Assembly: GCA_030141605.1 (NCBI GenBank)
Contig: JAQGDQ010000565.1
Coordinates: 75,319 to 139,318, forward strand
Direction: 5' to 3'
Source: Tubiluchus corallicola
Taxonomy: Eukaryota; Animalia; Priapulida
Length of the DNA stretch: 64,000 nucleotides
How positions within the stretch are numbered: position 1 is the stretch's first letter; each line of letters starts with the position of its first letter. Positions 58,817 through 64,000 of the stretch are shown here, one piece after another. Both the position numbers and the translations under genes were made by a program. Under the pieces are notes generated by a model that did no database searches, was not told the origin of the DNA, and worked only from the letters and a program-made list of their open reading frames with translations.

Positions 58817-61731
58817 ACAAATATGTATGCTGTAAAAGATTGACAATTTCTTTATTGTCTTCACTACGTCAACAAATATAAATGCTGTAAAAGATTGACG
58901 ATTTCTTTATTCTCTTCACTACGTCAACAAATATAAATGCTGTAAAAGATTGACGATTTCTTTATTGTCTTCACTAGATCAACAAATATAAATGCTGTAA
59001 AAGATTGACAATTTCTTTATTGTCTTCACTAGGTCAACAAATATAAATGCTGTAAAAGATTGACAATTTCTTTATTGCCTTCACTACGTCAACAAATATA
59101 AATGCTGTAAAAGATTGACAATTTCTTTATTGTCTTCACTAGGTCAACAAATATAAATGCTGTAAAAGATTGACGATTTCTTTATTGTCTTCACTACGTC
59201 AACAAATATAAATGCTGTAAAAGATTGACGATTTTTTTATTGTCTTCACTACGTCAACAAATATAAATGCTGTAAAAGATTGACGATTTCTTTATTGTCT
59301 TCACTACGTCAACAAATATGTATGCTGTAAAAGATTGACGATTTCTTTATTGTCTTCACTACGTCAACAAATATAAATGCTGTAAAAGATTGACGATTTC
59401 TTTATTGTCTTCACTGGGTCAACAAATATAAATGCTGTAAAAGATTGACAATTTCTTTATTGTCTTCACTAGGTCAACAAATATAAATGCTGTAAAAGAT
59501 TGACGATTTCTTTATTGTCTTCACTACGTCAACAAATATAAATGCTGTAAAAGATTGACAATTTCTTTATTGTCTTCACTACGTCAACAAATATAAATGC
59601 TGTAAAAGATTGACAATTTCTTTATTGTCTTCACTACGTCAACAAATATAAATGCTGTGAAAGATTGACGATTTCTTTATTGTCTTCACTACGTCAACAA
59701 ATATAAATGCTGTAAAAGATTGACGATTTCTTTATTGTCTTCACTAGGTCAACAAATATAAATGCTGTAAAAGATTGACAATTTCTTTATTGTCTTCACT
59801 AGGTCAACAAATATAAATGCTGTAAAAGATTGACAATTTCTTTATTGTCTTCACTAGGTCAACAAATATAAATGCTGTAAAAGATTGACAATTTCTTTAT
59901 TGTCTTCACTAGGTCAACAAATATAAATGCTGTAAAAGATTGACGATTTCTTTATTGTCTTCACTAGGTCAACAAATATAAATGCTGTAAAAGATTGAAG
60001 ATTTCTTTATTGTCTTCACTAGGTCAACAAATATAAATGCTATAAAAGATTGACGATTTCTTTATTGTCTTCACTACGTCAACAAATATAAATGCTGTAA
60101 AAGATTGACGATTTCTTTATTGTCTTCACTAGGTCAACAAATATAAATGCTGTAAAAGATTGACGATTTCTTTATTGTCTTCACTAGGTCAACAAATATA
60201 AATGCTATAAAAGATTGACGATTTCTTTATTGTCTTCACTACGTCAACAAATATAAATGCTGTAAAAGATTGACAATTTCTTTATTGTCTTCACTAGGTC
60301 AACAAATATAAATGCTGTAAAAGATTGACGATTTCTTTATTGTCTTCACTAGGTCAACAAATATAAATGCTGTAAAAGATTGACAATTTCTTTATTGTCT
60401 TCACTAGGTCAACAAATATAAATGCTGTAAAAGATTGACAATTTCTTTATTGTCTTCACTACGTCAACAAATATAAATGCTGTAAAAGATTGACGATTTC
60501 TTTATTGTCTTCACTAGGTCAACAAATATAAATGCTATAAAAGATTGACGATTTCTTTATTGTCTTCACTAGGTCAACAAATATAAATGCTCTAAAAGAT
60601 TGACGATTTCTTTATTGTCTTCACTAGGTCAACAAATATAAATGCTCTAAAAGATTGACGATTTCTTTATTGTCTTCACTAGGTCAACAAATATAAATGC
60701 TATAAAAGATTGACGATTTCTTTATTGTCTTCACTACGTCAACAAATATAAATGCTGTAAAAGATTGACGATTTCTTTATTGTCTTCACTAGGTCAACAA
60801 ATATAAATGCTGTAAAAGATTGACAATTTCTTTATTGTCTTCACTAGGTCAAAAAATATAAATGCTATAAAAGATTGACGATTTCTTTATTGTCTTCACT
60901 AGGTCAACAAATATAAATGCTCTAAAAGATTGACAATTTCTTTATTGTCTTCACTAGGTCAACAAATATAAATGCTATAAAAGATTGACGATTTCTTTAT
61001 TGTCTTCACTACGTCAACAAATATAAATGCTGTAAAAGATTGACAATTTCTTTATTGTCTTCACTAGGTCAACAAATATAAATGCTGTAAAAGATTGACG
61101 ATTTCTTTATTGTCTTCACTAGGTCAACAAATATAAATGCTATAAAAGATTGACGATTTCTTTATTGTCTTCACTACGTCAACAAATATAAATGCTGTAA
61201 AAGATTGACAATTTCTTTATTGTCTTCACTAGGTCAACAAATATAAATGCTGTAAAAGATTGACGATTTCTTTATTGTCTTCACTAGGTCAACAAATATA
61301 AATGCTGTAAAAGATTGACAATTTCTTTATTGTCTTCACTACGTCAACAAATATAAATGCTGTAAAAGATTGACAATTTCTTTATTGTCTTCACTACGTC
61401 AACAAATATAAATGCTGTGAAAGATTGACGATTTCTTTATTGTCTTCACTACGTCAACAAATATAAATGCTGTAAAAGATTGACGATTTCTTTATTGTCT
61501 TCACTACGTCAACAAATATAAATGCTGTAAAAGATTGACAATTTCTTTATTGTCTTCACTAGGTCAACAAATATAAATGCTGTAAAAGATTGACAATTTC
61601 TTTATTGTCTTCACTACGTCAACAAATATAAATGCTGTAAAAGATTGACAATTTTTTTATAGTCTTCACTAGGTCAACAAATATAAATGCTGTAAAAGAT
61701 TGACGATTTCTTTATTGGCTTCACTACGTCA
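58817..61731. repeat. 55-bp satellite, ~53 copies
   Basis: Unit aacaaatataaatgctgtaaaagattgacRatttctttattgtcttcactaSgtc with strict 55-bp period. Confidence 0.98.
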
Positions 61732-61737
61732 GCGGTC

Positions 61738-62128
61738 GGGGTGCTCATTCTCTACCAGAAAGCGAATTCGAATCAAATCGAATTTGTGGCATTCGAATCG
61801 AGCCGAATTTCGGTATTTCGAATTCGAACTCCGTTTAAAAGAATTTTAAGCAAGTTTTCGAGCCACCAGTAAAAAGCCATCTTACAGAGACAATGTATAT
61901 TATTCGATTTTGTTCTGCAGTGAAATCACTAATAATTTATTTAAGAATTGTGCTCGAAAATCACAGCTAAGTTGTGCTAATTGTAGAAAGTTTGAAACGT
62001 GTTAATGATAAGCGACGGTTATGTGGTTAAAGTGCTGAATTATTCCAATTTGTAATTTTAGGTTCGAATCGAATTCAAACTAAAGAAACTCGTTCGAATC
62101 GAATTCGAACGTTCGATACTCCCTCCTA
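61738..62128. mobile_element. hAT-like MITE with GAATCGAATTCG subterminal repeats
   Basis: Ends ...CCTA; related ends at ~12370-12447 and ~14231-14254. Confidence 0.55.
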
Positions 62129-62439
62129 ACCATCGAATAATCGGCTCTATTAAAATTATTGTTAGACATTGTTGTTGGTGAAAGATGGTGGAAAGAATGC
62201 GAACTCGCCATACAACAACTGCTGCTAAAATGAGCATAAATTGTAAAATTGAGATGAGAATTTCTAAATGTAGCCAGAACGCACAAACACAGGAGAGATT
62301 GGCCACCATTGCTGATGAACCACAACAAGAAGAGAATCCCAGTCATAGATATAAAGACATTAAATACTAAATTTGGACCACAGTCCTCGGTTCAGAGTAA
62401 CATTCATTCTTATGTGTATATATATTAATTCTTTGTTTG

Positions 62440-63107
62440 TCTTTAAAATGGTTCACTCATTATAATAAATAATAAAATTGAGTAAGCCTTAGCGTAATGT
62501 TAAGATAACAACACTGTTCAAGACAAATGCGTCCAGTTCATACTATAGGTTTTACATGTCAAATGTAGACCTGCGTTAACTCAAATGTAGATTTAGGTAA
62601 TTCAAATGTGTTAACAATGGTTTTCAACAAATCTTAAGCGTTTTTGGTAAATCAAATATAGACACATGTCAAGTCAAATGTCCTATGTCTACATTTGACT
62701 TACCTAAGTCACATTTGAGTAACCAAAACACATTCGGAATTCCTGTGTCTTCATTTGACTTACCTAAGTCACATTTGAGTTACCAAAACACATTCGAAAT
62801 TCCTATGTCTACATTTGACTTACCTAAGTCACATTTGAACTTTCCTGTGTCTACATTTGACGTGTAAAACCTATAAAAAAACTAAAGGGCAAAACTAAGG
62901 CCTAATTATATACAATAAATGAACATATTTACAAACAATATTACAAAAGTACATTAAATTTTACATGACATATTTTACACTATATATACATTTGACATGA
63001 CACAATTAACAGAAACATGCTTTACATTACATAAAATTCACTCATTACATTTACACTATTTATACATTCGACATTACGAAACTAACATAACACGTATTAC
63101 ATTATAT
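62440..63107 (-). mobile_element. Copy of the LINE 3' UTR seen at 10440-10780, interrupted by a MITE
   Basis: Reverse-complement match on both sides of 62546-62873. Confidence 0.85.
62546..62873. mobile_element. MITE with TAGG...CCTA termini and TA target duplication
   Basis: TIR TAGGTTTTACATGTCAAATGTAGAC / GTCTACATTTGACGTGTAAAACCTA; the paralogous empty site at ~10671-10695 shows a single TA. Confidence 0.88.
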
Positions 63108-63790
63108 AATTTAGTAATATCAGTAATATATCTTGACTGATCTTGGGTCCAGTAGCAGTTAACTACGTCAGGAGTTTATCGACCTTGAGTTTTTGCCCTG
63201 TTGCTAGACATGATCAAGTTTTTCATGATTATCTTCAATAATTGACTTTTTCAACCCTGGCAAACAGTGTTCAAACTTCAGTATCACTAGGTTGCACTGT
63301 GGTCATGGGCAGAACAAACAAAAACTTTACACAGTTCATGAGTAATTATGCTATTAGTGACACAGTTACTATAATTCATTTATATTACTTTTTCTTGCCA
63401 GCTTTTCCCTATGCGGGGTCGCCGTTGTGAATGAGTCTTCTCCACGCATTCCTATTGTTGACCATCTCTTCATTTAAGTCTTCCCTTCCGACATGATCTT
63501 CACCGACTCTTCTTTTCAGGTGTCCATACCATCGCAATCTTGCGAGGCTTCCACTACTTTTACTGTTCTCTAGATTAGAGCGGGTCTGACCACTTCTTTC
63601 TGGACTTTACCTTTAAGTCTCACCGACTCATTCATAGGAGGTTTTGGCGCAGTTTTTACAGGCGGATGCCCTTCCTGACCCTAACCCTCCCTATTTATCC
63701 GGGCTTGGAACCGGCACTGAGTTGGGCTGGCTTGCCCCCCCCCCCCCAGTGGCTAGGTTAAGTCATTTATATTACTGATATTACTAAATT
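63108..63790. mobile_element. Element bounded by a 23-bp inverted repeat, hosting the RTE insertion
   Basis: aatttagtaatatcagtaatata / tatattactgatattactaaatt. Confidence 0.6.
63390..63762 (-). mobile_element. Internally deleted non-autonomous RTE retroelement (373 bp) with a 14-bp TSD
   Basis: TSD tcatttatattact (63376-63389, 63763-63776); 5' GGAAGGGCATCCGCCTGTAAAA motif; ORF relics LKGKV..VVRPAL, ARLRWYGHLKRR and NRNAWRRLIHNGDPA*. Confidence 0.85.
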
Positions 63791-64000
63791 ACTGACTCCA
63801 CTAAGTGTAGACTTCGGTGTTTTAAATAGCAAAATTCATGTTGGTCTCGTAGACACATAATACAGTACAGTAAACACGTATGTATGCGTAAGCTGTTAAA
63901 CAAAATGTGTAAAATACCTGTAGGAGCCAGCAAAAAACATGTTAAAACGTGCACTGCATTTGTGGCGCCATCTTACAGAAATGCAAAGAAACACAACGTA

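Noticed and set aside
58575-58820. Coding-looking GC-richer segment between two arrays
   Set aside because: No frame gave a motif I could assign with confidence.
63519-63620. ttttcag acceptor as next exon of the 57807 gene
   Set aside because: It lies within the antisense RTE insertion.

Overview
AT-rich, repeat-dense genomic DNA from an invertebrate animal (spliceosomal introns, microsatellites, many transposons; no prokaryotic features or CRISPR). Three host genes can be reconstructed: a complete 4-exon secreted short pentraxin (+, 1548-6581, 243 aa), a single-coding-exon RING/B-box/B-box/coiled-coil TRIM protein (-, 18094-19704) with a disordered tail of TQT-like motifs, and a 3-exon B4GAT1-like GT49 glycosyltransferase (+, 42919-45857, 438 aa). 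There is also one isolated candidate first coding exon (57807-57911). The largest mobile element is a young 7.7-kb Ty3/Gypsy LTR retrotransposon (-, 28111-35794) with the Gmr1-type PR-INT-RT-RH order, a SCAN-like Gag, a tRNA-Leu PBS, one frameshift and an apparent 3-bp TSD, inserted into a 68-bp satellite. The rest is MITEs (hAT-, Kolobok-, Harbinger- and Tigger-like), LINE, Penelope, Tc1 and BEL fragments, 5S-related SINE-like repeats and tandem arrays, several amplified out of transposon sequence. The most unusual local structure is an LTR-like segment followed by a tRNA-Phe copy extended to about position 37 and an antisense BEL RT fragment (15021-15462), a possible fossil of aberrant reverse transcription. 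All family assignments are by-eye motif recognition; no database searches were run.
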